From positions 1-48,392 of the forward strand of contig JAPPIP010000102.1 of NCBI GenBank assembly GCA_028820595.1: a DNA stretch of 48,392 nucleotides. Direction: 5' to 3'. The position numbers were made by a program, and so were the translations under genes. The stretch is from Nitrososphaerota archaeon. GTDB lineage: Archaea > Thermoproteota > Nitrososphaeria > Nitrososphaerales > Nitrosopumilaceae. Of this stretch, positions 27,214-37,848 are shown piece by piece. Numbering within the stretch: the stretch's first letter is position 1; every line of letters starts with the position of its first letter. The notes below the pieces were generated by a model. It saw only the letters and a list, made by a program, of their open reading frames with translations, was not told the origin of the DNA and did no database searches.

Positions 27214-27398
27214 GACATACCACTGATTACTAATCAAATAACCCTTTCATTGCGCGCAGTCTTTTGCCATGCCGCATCTGCCGCACGACAACGCCCCGTA
27301 CCGCGCGATGCTTGGGGGAAAAGGGAGGACACCCCTTGTACGGGACGCCCGCGTTCCGGGCAAGAAAGTTCATATACAATCCGGGGCTAGCGCGGGGC

Positions 27399-27596
27399 AT
27401 GGCATCAAGGGAGATTACGGTGGGCGTGGGCATCCCCATGATTGTGGTGGGCGCGCTCATGGCCTTTCTGTGGGCGCCGTTCGAGGCGGACAGCTACCAG
27501 CCGCAGATCGAGCTGGTGGGCAGCACCATAGGAATACTCGGAATCGCCTTTTTCATCGCGGGACTCTTCTACACAAAGGAACCCGTCATGCACTGA
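27399..27596 (+). CDS. small two-TM membrane protein
   Basis: MASREITVGVG..., two hydrophobic helices. Confidence 0.7.
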   Translation: MASREITVGVGIPMIVVGALMAFLWAPFEADSYQPQIELVGSTIGILGIAFFIAGLFYTKEPVMH

Positions 27597-27631
27597 CTGA
27601 AATAAATAATCACCAGTGCTAACACCGTTGC

Positions 27632-28390
27632 TTGAAGGTCAGACTATCTGAGATATTTACGTCAGTCGAGGGCGAGGGCATCCTGTACGGCACCAAGACC
27701 CTCTTCGTGCGGCTGGCCGGGTGCCCGTTTACGTGCTTTTACTGCGACACGCCCGAGTCCCTCCCGCTTGACTCCGGAACCGAGTATTCCATTGAGGAGG
27801 CCGCCGGGCTGATCGACGACTCGCTGCAGGATCACACGTACAAGGTCAACTTTACCGGGGGCGACCCGCTCATGCAGCACGAGGCCGTCGCGCTGCTTGC
27901 AGGACACGTGCATGCTCACGCGCGCGGGGTGCTGACGTATCTGGAGTCGTCGTGCTTTGATGCGGAACGCTTTGCGCACGTGCTGCCGCACATCGACGTT
28001 GCAAAGGTCGAGTTCAAGACGAGCGACTCTGAGTTTGTCGATGCCGGACACCATGACAGGATGACGGGGCAGGCCCTCCTGTGCCTTGAGCGTGCAGTCT
28101 CCGCCCGCAAGACCACGTACGTCAAGATCGTGGTCAGTTCACGGACCGCCGTGCAGGAGATACTGGATTTGGCGTCTGCCATACGTGACGTCCTGCAGAG
28201 GGGCCGGAAGTCGTCGGGGCGGCAGGAGGACGGCCGTGACGGCGCCATGTCGGGGTTCGTAATACAGCCCGCATACGGCAGGGACGAGCCGCCGCTTGGC
28301 CTCCTGTTGTCAATGTATGACGCGGTGCGCCCCATCCACCCCGATGTCCGCGTGGTTCCGCAGCTTCACAAGCTGATCGGGGCCCCCTGA
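27632..28390 (+). CDS. queE: 7-carboxy-7-deazaguanine synthase (radical SAM)
   Basis: EIFTSVEGEG, FVRLAGCPFTCFYCDT, TGGDPL, PQLHK. Confidence 0.9.
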   Translation: MKVRLSEIFTSVEGEGILYGTKTLFVRLAGCPFTCFYCDTPESLPLDSGTEYSIEEAAGLIDDSLQDHTYKVNFTGGDPLMQHEAVALLAGHVHAHARGVLTYLESSCFDAERFAHVLPHIDVAKVEFKTSDSEFVDAGHHDRMTGQALLCLERAVSARKTTYVKIVVSSRTAVQEILDLASAIRDVLQRGRKSSGRQEDGRDGAMSGFVIQPAYGRDEPPLGLLLSMYDAVRPIHPDVRVVPQLHKLIGAP

Positions 28391-28456
28391 GGCGGCAGCA
28401 GGCCCACAAATTAGGTACATATACACCCGCATCCGTTCCAGATCGGGCTGCAGGGA

Positions 28457-29017
28457 ATGGACGAGGAACGCGTAAGAAAACTGATCAGGGAGATCATCAT
28501 AGAACTCGGCGAGGATCCCACGCGGGAGGGCCTGCGCGAGACGCCGACAAGAATAGCCAGCATGTACAGGGAGATATTCGGCGGGTACGAGTCGGACTCG
28601 GAGCTCTCCGTGCAGTTCTCAGAGGACTCCGACACGGTGGTGGCCTGCGACATACAGTTCTATTCCATGTGCGAGCACCACATGCTTCCGTTCTACGGCA
28701 AGATACACATAGCCTACTCCCCGAACGGCAGGGTCTTTGGCATATCAAAGCTCGTCAGGCTCGTCGAGAAATACTCCAAGAGGCTCCAGATACAGGAGCG
28801 CCTGACCAAGGACATAGCCGACGAGCTGTACTCCCAAGGCGTCCGCGGTGTCGCCGTCGTGGCCGACGCGGAGCACCTGTGCATGAAGATGCGCGGCGTC
28901 CGGAACGACGCGCTGCTGACGTCGTCCGCGTTCCGCGGCATATACGCGGCAAAGGGCGAGAGGGAGGGAGTAATAACCCTCATACGCAGAAAGGCGCCGG
29001 AGCGGCACCAGATCTGA
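28457..29017 (+). CDS. folE: GTP cyclohydrolase I
   Basis: GEDP.REGL.ETP.R, SMCEHHMLPF, RLQIQERLT, HLCM.MRGV. Confidence 0.96.
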   Translation: MDEERVRKLIREIIIELGEDPTREGLRETPTRIASMYREIFGGYESDSELSVQFSEDSDTVVACDIQFYSMCEHHMLPFYGKIHIAYSPNGRVFGISKLVRLVEKYSKRLQIQERLTKDIADELYSQGVRGVAVVADAEHLCMKMRGVRNDALLTSSAFRGIYAAKGEREGVITLIRRKAPERHQI

Positions 29018-29120
29018 GCGCGCCGCGGCTACGGCGCCCTGATGGCGGGGGCAGACAACTGATATCGCCCTGCAAACCTACACGCGTGACTTGTACTGCA
29101 AGGCCGCCGGGCCAAAGAGG

Positions 29121-30092
29121 CTAGGCCGGTTCGGCCCGCGCAAGCTCGGACTCTACCCTCTTTTCGGCCGCCGCCGCGTACTCACTGTTGATGTCGACTG
29201 ACACAAAGTGCCTGTTTGTCCGTATGGCGGCCACTGCCGCCGTCCCGGATCCGCCGAACGGGTCTAGCACGACGTCCCCCTCGAAGGTGTAGAGCTGTAT
29301 GCACCGGCGCGGCAGCTCCACCGGGAACGGCGCCGGATGGTTCACCCTCTTTGCCCTCTCGGGGCCAAAGCTCCACACGCTCTTCGTATATTCCAGAAAC
29401 TCGTCCCTCGTTATCGTGCTTTTTCTCTTGCCGTCCCCGCGCCTGTCAAACCTTCCCTTGGAGAATATCAGTATGTACTCGTGCGTGTCACGCAGGGTCG
29501 GGTTGCTTGCCGACATCCAGCTGCCCCACGCGGTGGACGTCCCGGCCCCCCTGCCCTTGTCCCAGATGACCTCGCCGCGCATGAGAAACTGGTTTTTCAG
29601 CATCAGCGTTATGATGTGCGAGTGGAGCGGGACGTACGGCCTGCGCCCCACGTTTGCGATGTTGACGCACGCCCTTCCGCCCGGCACCAGCACCCTGTAC
29701 GTCTCGGCAAACACGCGGTCAAGCATCCCGAGGTACTGGTCCATGTCCATGTCGGCGTCATAGTCCTTGCCCACGTTGTAGGGCGGGGACGTCACCATGA
29801 GGTGCACGCTCGAGTCCGGAATTTTTGCTAGGCTGGTGCTGTCGCCGCACACGACCGTGTCCCTGCACGCGCCGATGTCGTTCTCACGCGCCGCCTGGGC
29901 GCCGCCGTTGCCGCCATCGCCAGCACTGCCGCCCCCGCCTGAGAACATCCTCCTTGCGTAAAACCCCCCAGAGTCGTGGTTTACCCTCTCCGTTCCGCCA
30001 AAGCCCCTCATCGCGGTCTTTCTTGGCGGGCGCCCCTTGCCCTTCCTCCCCCCTGCTGCCGCTGTCGTCGTCCGCTGTCTGTCACCTGGCAT
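29121..30092 (-). CDS. orphan beta-class amino (N4-C/N6-A) DNA methyltransferase
   Basis: TSPPY (motif IV) precedes HPAPFP and VLDPFGGSGT (motif I); start uncertain. Confidence 0.9.
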   Translation of the reverse strand: MPGDRQRTTTAAAGGRKGKGRPPRKTAMRGFGGTERVNHDSGGFYARRMFSGGGGSAGDGGNGGAQAARENDIGACRDTVVCGDSTSLAKIPDSSVHLMVTSPPYNVGKDYDADMDMDQYLGMLDRVFAETYRVLVPGGRACVNIANVGRRPYVPLHSHIITLMLKNQFLMRGEVIWDKGRGAGTSTAWGSWMSASNPTLRDTHEYILIFSKGRFDRRGDGKRKSTITRDEFLEYTKSVWSFGPERAKRVNHPAPFPVELPRRCIQLYTFEGDVVLDPFGGSGTAAVAAIRTNRHFVSVDINSEYAAAAEKRVESELARAEPA

Positions 30093-30257
30093 GTCAACTG
30101 TCACCGGCCATCATCTTGCCGTCCCGGGCCTTGATGTGTACGGGCCCATGGGGAGGGGAGGGGGATGCGAATACCTCAACGACTGCAGAAAGCGCATCGG
30201 GACGCTTACAGTATTCCTGTCCAATTTTTTACAACAATATACGGAGCAACCCATGGG

Positions 30258-33200
30258 CTAGTCACCTGCCTGGAATTCCGAGAACACTTCTGCCTGACTC
30301 AGTACTGTGTGTGCCGCATCTTCTCGCAGTTCAGGCGGATAGCCATGCTTGCGCAGTACGCGCTTGACGGCCCTCCGTATCTTTGCTCGTTCGCTTTCCC
30401 AATATTTCCAGTTTGGGCTGGTGTTTTCCTTTACAACCTCGACAAGTTCGCTAGCGATCTCGCGCAGCTTTTCACCCCCCATCACCCGTACTGCGCTTTC
30501 ACTTGTAACCAGAGCATCGTAAAACGCCAGTCCATACTCTGACAGTCCTGTCTCCTCTCCCCGTCTCTTTGTCTCGCACATATTCTTGGCAACGCGCATC
30601 AGCTCCTCAAAGAACTGCATTCCGTCAATGGCCCTGTCGTGGTAGCGCCTGACCGCGTCCTCCAGCATCTCTGCGAAGGATCTTGACTTGACCACGTTTC
30701 TTTTCCGTTCCTGGTTAATCTCCCTGCGGAGCAGTTTTTCCAGTACTTCTGATGCGAGGTTACGCTGTGGCATACTTGCCAGTTCTGACAAAAACTCATC
30801 CGACAGTATCGACATGTCGGGGTTGTCCAGTCCCGCATAACCAAATACGTCGACTACGCCTTTCGACTCTATCGTTCTGGACACCATGTCGCGTATGGCA
30901 CGGTCAACGTCGTCAGGATGCCTCATGCCGGGAGCCGGCGTTGTCAGGGCCTTGCGCACGGTCTGGAAGAAGCCCACATCGTCCCGCACTGCCCGTGCCT
31001 CCTCGGTGGTGGATACGAGGGCAAACGCCCGGGTGAGCTCGCCCACAATCTTCAAAAAGCGACCTTTGCCGCCCTCAAGTGACAGGACATGTTCCTGCGC
31101 GTCCGGTATAAGCTTTAGCCGTTCGTCAGGTCTGCCAGCATGCCATGCAGACCAGTCAAAACCGTGAAGCATGTTGCGGCATACTTCGTATTTTTCTTGC
31201 ATGACATCTGCTGCTTCTTCCAGCCTTGTGAACACGTTTCCGCGGCCTCTGCTTGCCGTGTATGCCGCCACCGCGTATTGGAGGGACTGCCACAGTCCTA
31301 TGTAGTCGACAACCAGTCCGCCCGGTTTGTCCCTGAACACGCGGTTCACCCTAGCTATGGCCTGCATCAGCCTGTGCCCGTGCATGGGCTTGTCTACGTA
31401 CATCGTATGCAGGCTTGGCGCGTCAAATCCGGTCAGCCACATGTCACGGACCAGGACTATTTGGAATGGATCTTCTGCGTCACGGAATCGTTTGGCCAAT
31501 TCCAACCGCCTGGTTTTGTTTCTGACATGGGGCCCCCATTCCAACGGATCGGATGCCGATCCCGTCATTATGATCTTGATGCTGCCTTTGTCGTCGTCGT
31601 CATCGTGCCATTCGGGACGAGCCCTGACAATCTCCTCGTATAGGTCTACACAGATCCGCCTGCTCATGCATACGACCATGGCCTTGCCTGTGATGTCCTT
31701 TTGCCGTTCCTCAAAGTGGGATACGATGTCCGATGCAACTTGGCCGAGGCGGTCCTTGGAGCCGACAATAGCCTCCAGGCCTGTCCATTGTGCCTTGAGG
31801 CGCTCCTGTGCCGTAGACTCTTCGTCCTCGGTGACTTCCTCAAAGTTGTCATCAATGCGGGGCATCTCTCCCTCATCTAGTTCCAGCCTTGCCAGCCGTC
31901 TGGAATAGTATATTGGCACGGTGGACTTGTCCTCGATGGAACGCTGTATGTCGTAGATGTCGATGTAGTCTCCAAAAACGGCCCTAGTGTTCGTATCGGC
32001 AGTCTCGACCGGTGTGCCTGTGAAGCCTATGAACGACGCGTGTGGCAGGGCGTCACGCATATGGCGAGCAAATCCGTCTATGAAGCCGTACTGACTGCGG
32101 TGGGCCTCGTCTGCAATCACTATGACGTTTCTGCGCTCCGAGAGCAGCTGGTGACGGTCGCCCTTCTCTTCCGGAAGGAACTTTTGTATGGTTGTGAACA
32201 CTACGCCGCCTGCTGCGACGGACAGCTTGTCCCGCAGGTCCGCCCTGTCTGACGCCTGTACGGGATGCTGCCGCAGGATGTCATGGCAGCGGGAGAATGT
32301 CCCGAAGAGCTGATTGTCCAGGTCGTTGCGGTCGGTCAGTACCACCACGGTGGGGTTTTCCATGGCAAGTTTTCGGGCAATCATTCCGGCATAGAATGCC
32401 ATCGTCAGGCTCTTGCCGGAGCCCTGTGTGTGCCACACGACGCCTATTCTCCCGTCACCTATTCTACCATCCTTGCTTTGGCTTGTGGCGCGAACGGTTT
32501 CCTGTATTGCCTTGCGGACCGCGTAAAACTGGTGGTATCCTGCCAGTATCTTGTTTAGTGTGCCACCGCCGTCGTCCTCAAACACTATGAAGTCACTGAT
32601 CAACGACACAAAATGCTCTGGCTTGCAGACCTCCTGCAGCGTGACTTGGAGCTCTAACTGTTCCCGTGTTTCGTCATAAGGTGAGCGCCAGTTCTTGAAC
32701 CATTCCCACTCGGACGTAAGGGTGCCTATACGCGCCTTGGGGCCGTCAGAGACTATGAGAATCTCGTTCATGGAGAACAGCGTTTCCATCTGGCTCCTGT
32801 ATGTCCGGAGCTGGTTCCACGCCGACTTGAGTGTGGCCTGTTGTTCTGAGGGGTTTTTCAGCTCTATTATTCCCAAGGGCAGTCCGTTGAGAAACAGCAC
32901 TACGTCGAGCCTGCGCACGTTGCGTCCTTCCTTGACGGTAAACTGACTTACTGCCAGCCAGTCGTTGTTGGCCGGATTGTCGGCATCAAGCACGGATGCC
33001 TGCGCCCCCCTGGCAGTACCGTTGTCGTCCCGATATTCCACACGTATGCCGTCAACCAGCATCATGTGGAATGCGCGGTTGCGCGCCTCTACCGTCGCCC
33101 CATCCGGCCGGATCAGCCTGCGAAGCGCATCGTCCAGCGCATATTCCGGCAGGTTCGGATTGAGCCTAAAAAGAGCACTCCTGAGCCTGTCCTCCAGCAC

Positions 33201-33335
33201 CACCTGCTCGAAGCTGCCACGTGCCGCATTGGTCGTACCGGGAGCAATGTCTGATCCGTGAACGACTTTCCAGCCCAGATCGACCAGCCATTTGAGCGCA
33301 ATGTCTTCCACGGAAGATTCGTTCAACGATGTCAT
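30258..33335 (-). CDS. hsdR: type I restriction endonuclease subunit R
   Basis: [16 protein letters not shown] nuclease, [40 protein letters not shown] 33335 overlaps the upstream stop. Confidence 0.96.
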   Translation of the reverse strand: MTSLNESSVEDIALKWLVDLGWKVVHGSDIAPGTTNAARGSFEQVVLEDRLRSALFRLNPNLPEYALDDALRRLIRPDGATVEARNRAFHMMLVDGIRVEYRDDNGTARGAQASVLDADNPANNDWLAVSQFTVKEGRNVRRLDVVLFLNGLPLGIIELKNPSEQQATLKSAWNQLRTYRSQMETLFSMNEILIVSDGPKARIGTLTSEWEWFKNWRSPYDETREQLELQVTLQEVCKPEHFVSLISDFIVFEDDGGGTLNKILAGYHQFYAVRKAIQETVRATSQSKDGRIGDGRIGVVWHTQGSGKSLTMAFYAGMIARKLAMENPTVVVLTDRNDLDNQLFGTFSRCHDILRQHPVQASDRADLRDKLSVAAGGVVFTTIQKFLPEEKGDRHQLLSERRNVIVIADEAHRSQYGFIDGFARHMRDALPHASFIGFTGTPVETADTNTRAVFGDYIDIYDIQRSIEDKSTVPIYYSRRLARLELDEGEMPRIDDNFEEVTEDEESTAQERLKAQWTGLEAIVGSKDRLGQVASDIVSHFEERQKDITGKAMVVCMSRRICVDLYEEIVRARPEWHDDDDDKGSIKIIMTGSASDPLEWGPHVRNKTRRLELAKRFRDAEDPFQIVLVRDMWLTGFDAPSLHTMYVDKPMHGHRLMQAIARVNRVFRDKPGGLVVDYIGLWQSLQYAVAAYTASRGRGNVFTRLEEAADVMQEKYEVCRNMLHGFDWSAWHAGRPDERLKLIPDAQEHVLSLEGGKGRFLKIVGELTRAFALVSTTEEARAVRDDVGFFQTVRKALTTPAPGMRHPDDVDRAIRDMVSRTIESKGVVDVFGYAGLDNPDMSILSDEFLSELASMPQRNLASEVLEKLLRREINQERKRNVVKSRSFAEMLEDAVRRYHDRAIDGMQFFEELMRVAKNMCETKRRGEETGLSEYGLAFYDALVTSESAVRVMGGEKLREIASELVEVVKENTSPNWKYWESERAKIRRAVKRVLRKHGYPPELREDAAHTVLSQAEVFSEFQAGD

Positions 33336-33838
33336 GTTACCAACTCTACTAGTTTGTTGAACACCCAGATAGCAACTACTAGCGAGTGGGCACCAATAAA
33401 CAAGCACGGAAGCCATTTTTCAATATTAGTGACAGCAGTGTAAGATTTGCCTCTCCCTTGATTTGCAATAGTCCACTCATGACGGAAGAGCGCAGCAGGT
33501 AGGTGCTGTTCAAGCTTGTGGATTACTTTGAATTTGACGGTATTCAGATCACGGTATGATTTTATAATTAGATACCAAAGTACCGACACAAGTATTCCAG
33601 TTCCGGGAACGGCCAATGTCCAATCACTTTGGCTAAGGACTGATGATTGAAGACCGGACAAAGAAAGCAGGGCAGCACTCAAGGTCAAAAGATAACGAGT
33701 AGCTGCAATCCGACGCGAGCTGACATTCTCTGCCGACTGAACGTACAACTTGTATTGCTCAAGAAGATGCGCGGTAAAAGAATCCCCATACTCATCCATA
33801 GTCTTATGAACCGGGCCGTTGTCAGAATGATCGGGCAT
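33332..33838 (-). CDS. 2-3 TM putative defence effector (SLATT-like)
   Basis: [19 protein letters not shown]...TM..TM-W..II.SY..LN..KF.VI..LE..LP...F..EW....Y...T.IE...P; low GC. Confidence 0.65.
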   Translation of the reverse strand: MPDHSDNGPVHKTMDEYGDSFTAHLLEQYKLYVQSAENVSSRRIAATRYLLTLSAALLSLSGLQSSVLSQSDWTLAVPGTGILVSVLWYLIIKSYRDLNTVKFKVIHKLEQHLPAALFRHEWTIANQGRGKSYTAVTNIEKWLPCLFIGAHSLVVAIWVFNKLVELVT

Positions 33839-33842
33839 GTGG

Positions 33843-34226
33843 TCACCTTGCACCAGAAATTAGCGACTTTAAGTTAGGCCAAGTCCACGGATACATACTG
33901 TCGGAAGGAAGAGCAGTACGAGGCTTTTCGCAAGTACGATCGGAGTGTCCCGCCAACAAAAAGTACGGTTTTCGTTCCTCACGCGTGATGGTCAGTTCAG
34001 TTGCCACTCCATTGGCAATGCGAGTATGCTCGCCGCAGATCACTATAGTCAGGTCGGTTCTGCGAATACGGTCTCGAACTTTTTCCTCCCAATTGCGGGG
34101 GAACGGCTCTTTTACCGACCAATCTGCTATTTCGAACGGCGAATCTGGATTCTTTGACTGACCCACGAGAAGGGTTCGAAGTGCTTCGTCATTGTCAAAA
34201 TCAAAGCTAATGAACGCGCGTTTCAT
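33843..34226 (-). CDS. TIR-domain protein (ThsB/MTH538, DUF1863-like)
   Basis: RAFISFDFD.D, DWSVKE, I..TD..IVICG.HT, GVATEL (catalytic Glu position), Y.WTW.NL. Confidence 0.85.
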   Translation of the reverse strand: MKRAFISFDFDNDEALRTLLVGQSKNPDSPFEIADWSVKEPFPRNWEEKVRDRIRRTDLTIVICGEHTRIANGVATELTITREERKPYFLLAGHSDRTCEKPRTALPSDSMYPWTWPNLKSLISGAR

Positions 34227-35808
34227 TAGCGTTCCTCCCACCAGCAGACCTAATAAAATTTGCTGGCCGAAACTCGCCCGAAATCAACTTAGGCATCAAA
34301 GCGTCTCGATGAAGCATTAACGATCGCGACTCAGATGTGTTTAGGCGTATACGTTCATCCCATGCGAACACACGTGCTTCAAAGCAGTTGATCAGATCAG
34401 TGGGTGGCTCAATTATTGGCAACATTTCGAACTGCTTTTTAGTAATAGCCCCAAACACGGTCCCCATTTGCTCATACTGCTTTAGATCATGCTGTAGTGA
34501 CCATACAAAATAATAGGTGAATGACCTTGAACCAGTTTTATGTCTAAGGGCTGCAACTCCTCTGCCTATGCAACACTTCTCCCAAGCCATGTTTATCGTC
34601 CCCACAGGAGCCCTCACACTAACTAATGTATCATCTGCACGGGCAACTCGGGTTGGTGCCGTACAGTATTTTCTGTTTCTAGGATAGCGTAGCCCAAAAT
34701 CCGTACTGCCTTGAAAGAATGGCAGCCCTTCGCCTTCGTCGTTATAAGTGTCGCTTGGAGGTGACTGGCCCATGGTTAGGCTAAAACAATTTCCAAATAC
34801 ATTTATCGTCCACCCCTCAGGAATATTTCCCAATTTAGAGTCCACTAATTTATCAGGAAATAGATCATAAAGAGGAGCAGGAAGGCCGGGCAGGGATTTA
34901 CCAGGGCGCCACCGCCCGTCCATCTTGGCGCGGACCGGCTCAAAGTCCACGAACCACGACTTGAACAACGCCCGTGTCATCTCCTCCAAAGTTTGGTTCA
35001 TACGTCGGTTCAGTTCGATTTTGTCCTCCAAAGCACACAATATGCGAGATGTAATTTGACGTTCCTGCACACTAGGCCATCTGATAGGAAGATTTTCTAG
35101 ATCCTTTTTTGTAGCGTTACCAAAGACTGTTCCCCCTGAATCCATGGCACTCCATACCGACTCCATACATTGCAGTAAAAATTCAATATAATGTGTATCT
35201 GTGGCATTATTAGGACACCTGATTATTGCCAATCCACGCCCTATTGCACACTCTCTATCTGCAATATTTATGCGCCCTATTGGTGCACGAACACTAAATA
35301 AAATATCTCCAGATTGAGCAATACGAGACGGAGCAGAGCAGAAAACACGAGGAGAAGGATAGCGACGGTTAAAATCTTTGACTCCTTGAAAGAACACCAT
35401 CCCAGTACCAGTTGTGTTATAGGTAAAACCCGGTGGTGAGTGACCCATGATTATTTCTGCAACGTCACGTAAGCATATCTTGTTGTTATCTGGAATATTT
35501 CTATCTGGCAATGGCACTTTTTGTGAGTCTACAATTTGTCTAAAGGTATCGCTGACTTGATTGAGATCTATGACATCTACCTTGTAAGGAAGATCCGAGT
35601 CGTCAAACGCTATACTCAGATTTATCATAGTGTTGTGATCGATGGGCCGATCTCCTTCCACGGCAAGATCCAAATCAGAGCCATCGTGCGTTGTCCATTC
35701 TACCCTGCTTCCAAACACCCATACGTTGACGTTGGGCCGTAGATGTTTTTGAAGAATGCGGCATACCTCCTTCATGTGATCCGGTGATATGTCGATCGGG
35801 CTAGTCAA
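34207..35808 (-). CDS. hsdS: MNT nucleotidyltransferase fused to type I R-M specificity subunit
   Basis: N-terminal ~100 aa with FGSRVEWTTHDGSDLDLA (GSX10DXD); then two TRDs, P...EQ..I...L..L..KIELN, LFKSWFVDF, IPEGW, RDALMPKLISGE; one ORF. Confidence 0.92.
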   Translation of the reverse strand: MTSPIDISPDHMKEVCRILQKHLRPNVNVWVFGSRVEWTTHDGSDLDLAVEGDRPIDHNTMINLSIAFDDSDLPYKVDVIDLNQVSDTFRQIVDSQKVPLPDRNIPDNNKICLRDVAEIIMGHSPPGFTYNTTGTGMVFFQGVKDFNRRYPSPRVFCSAPSRIAQSGDILFSVRAPIGRINIADRECAIGRGLAIIRCPNNATDTHYIEFLLQCMESVWSAMDSGGTVFGNATKKDLENLPIRWPSVQERQITSRILCALEDKIELNRRMNQTLEEMTRALFKSWFVDFEPVRAKMDGRWRPGKSLPGLPAPLYDLFPDKLVDSKLGNIPEGWTINVFGNCFSLTMGQSPPSDTYNDEGEGLPFFQGSTDFGLRYPRNRKYCTAPTRVARADDTLVSVRAPVGTINMAWEKCCIGRGVAALRHKTGSRSFTYYFVWSLQHDLKQYEQMGTVFGAITKKQFEMLPIIEPPTDLINCFEARVFAWDERIRLNTSESRSLMLHRDALMPKLISGEFRPANFIRSAGGRNANETRVH

Positions 35809-36232
35809 CAGACATGTTCATCTCCTTGAGGCGGGCCAGGGTGTATTGTACATCCTGCAGAAAATCCGCCGCGCCCTCAAAGATCTCTTGCGCCTTGTCC
35901 TCGTTGTATGTGTGGCTGGTGGTCCCCCGGTTTTTCCTGTATTTGCGCCAGACGGTCACGTCGGAGCACACCAGCCTCTTGCCGAACGCCTCCCGTATGA
36001 CCTCGTTGAAAGTCATATCCTCAATTGTTGCAGGACTGGCGGCCGTCTCTGCCAGATGACGCCTGAGCATTTTGAACGTAACTTCATAGGTAAACTCAAA
36101 GGCCTGGATGGTGGCCGACCGCAGCTGCCTCTGCAGTGCGGCATCGTTTCTGGCCTCCTCGCGTTTGTATATGGCCAGGGACTCTTCCAGCTGTGAGACC
36201 GCGTCCTCCAAAGGTCCGAGATCAAGACTCAT
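35801..36232 (-). CDS. HEPN-domain protein (HI0074/nucleotidyltransferase substrate-binding family)
   Basis: [13 protein letters not shown]...L, RGTTSHTY = RX4HXY; ATG 36232 overlaps the hsdM stop. Confidence 0.9.
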   Translation of the reverse strand: MSLDLGPLEDAVSQLEESLAIYKREEARNDAALQRQLRSATIQAFEFTYEVTFKMLRRHLAETAASPATIEDMTFNEVIREAFGKRLVCSDVTVWRKYRKNRGTTSHTYNEDKAQEIFEGAADFLQDVQYTLARLKEMNMSVD

Positions 36233-37848
36233 GCTGCATCCTCCACAGCTGCGAACCCTAGGTTCCTTATGTTTTTCGTGATGATCCTGTCCAGCTTTCG
36301 CGCTTCGGACTGCTGCCTGTCCCACTCGGCCGCCAGGCGCCTCATCTTTTGCTCGAACGGCTCGCCGTCGCCTTCCTCCTGCGGCGCAGAGCCCACGTAA
36401 CGCCCAGGCGTGAGCACGTGGCCGTGCTCGCGAACTTCCTTTATTTCTACGCTTTTGCAAAAACCCGGTACATCTCTGTACCCTTTTTTGTCCTGCCATG
36501 CATGATACGTGCCTGCAATCTTCCGCACGTCTTCCTCGTCCAGTACGCGGTGGATGCGGTCCTCCATTCTGCCCATGCTGCGGGCGTCTATGAACAGCAC
36601 CTTCTTTTCGCGCCTTTCGCGCCTCCTTGACAAAAACCACAGGCATGCGGGTATCTGCGTCGAGTAGAACAGCTGGCCCGGCAGGGCCACCATGCAGTCG
36701 ACCAGGCCCGCCTCGACAATATTCCTGCGTATTTCCCCCTCTCCGGAGCTTGTGGATGACATGGATCCGTTGGCCAGCACGAATCCAGCTACCCCCTTTG
36801 GCGACAGGTGGTGTATCATGTGCTGCACCCACGCAAAGTTGGCGTTGCCTGCCGGCGGTATGCCGTACCTCCACCGCCTGTCCTCCCGCAGGTGCTCGCC
36901 GCCCCACGACTTGACGTTGAACGGCGGGTTGGCCAGTATAAAGTCCGCCTCAAGATCGGGATGGAGATCCTTGCGGAAGCTGTCTCCGTGCTCGACCTTT
37001 CCCTCGATTCCGCGTATGGCGAGGTTCATCTTGGCCAGCCTCCACGTGGTGTGGTTGGACTCCTGGCCAAAAATGCGGATTGTCCCGCGCGCCCTGCCGC
37101 CGTTACCGTTGCCCGTGGCGTGCCTGCGTATGAACTCCTTGGACTGTACGAACATCCCGGCCGAGCCGCAGCACGGGTCGTAGACCCTCCCGCCATAAGG
37201 CTCGAGCATGTCCACCAGCAGCCGGACCACGCTGTGGGGCGTATAGAACTCCCCTCCCTTTTTGCCCTCGCTGCTGGCAAACTGGGACAGAAAATACTCG
37301 TAAATGCGGCCCAGCACGTCCTTGGAGCGCGACTCTTTGTCACCTATTGGAATGTTGCTGATGGTGTCGACGAGCTGGCCCAGTACTGACCGGTCAACCC
37401 GGAGGCTCCCGTACGTCTTTGGCAAGACGTCCTTGAGTGTCGGGTTTTCCTTTTCAACGCGGATCATCGCGTCGTCTATGATCTTCCCGATGGACGGCTG
37501 GCGGGCATTTGACATTATGTTTGGCCAGCGCGCGCCTTCCGGGACCCAGAAGACGTTGTCTGACGCATACTCGTCCCTGTCTTCGGGGTCTCCCCACTCG
37601 CTGGAAGCTATCCCTTCGTACTGCTCCATAAACGAATCCGAGACGTACTTGAGAAATATGAGCCCCAGGACCACGTGCTTGTATTCGGCCGCGTCCATGT
37701 TGTTTCGCAGGCTGTTTGCCATCCGCCACTGCTCGCTCTCAAAGACGTAGCTGCCCCGGTCGGCGGGTCCCGGATCCGCGGCGCTTGCCTTCTTGCGTGT
37801 GTTTTTTTGCACGGCGGCTCCCTTGGCCGTACTGCGCTGCCCCTTCAA
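36229..37848 (-). CDS. hsdM: type I R-M methyltransferase subunit M
   Basis: [40 protein letters not shown]; likely TTG start at 37848 overlapping the upstream TGA. Confidence 0.96.
   Translation of the reverse strand: MKGQRSTAKGAAVQKNTRKKASAADPGPADRGSYVFESEQWRMANSLRNNMDAAEYKHVVLGLIFLKYVSDSFMEQYEGIASSEWGDPEDRDEYASDNVFWVPEGARWPNIMSNARQPSIGKIIDDAMIRVEKENPTLKDVLPKTYGSLRVDRSVLGQLVDTISNIPIGDKESRSKDVLGRIYEYFLSQFASSEGKKGGEFYTPHSVVRLLVDMLEPYGGRVYDPCCGSAGMFVQSKEFIRRHATGNGNGGRARGTIRIFGQESNHTTWRLAKMNLAIRGIEGKVEHGDSFRKDLHPDLEADFILANPPFNVKSWGGEHLREDRRWRYGIPPAGNANFAWVQHMIHHLSPKGVAGFVLANGSMSSTSSGEGEIRRNIVEAGLVDCMVALPGQLFYSTQIPACLWFLSRRRERREKKVLFIDARSMGRMEDRIHRVLDEEDVRKIAGTYHAWQDKKGYRDVPGFCKSVEIKEVREHGHVLTPGRYVGSAPQEEGDGEPFEQKMRRLAAEWDRQQSEARKLDRIITKNIRNLGFAAVEDAA

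Noticed and set aside
29018..29120. Short matches (TGCAAACC, TCGCCCT, GGCCGCCG) shared with 38240-38285 as possible att sites
   Set aside because: Only 7-8 bp, in a different order, and expected by chance in GC-rich DNA
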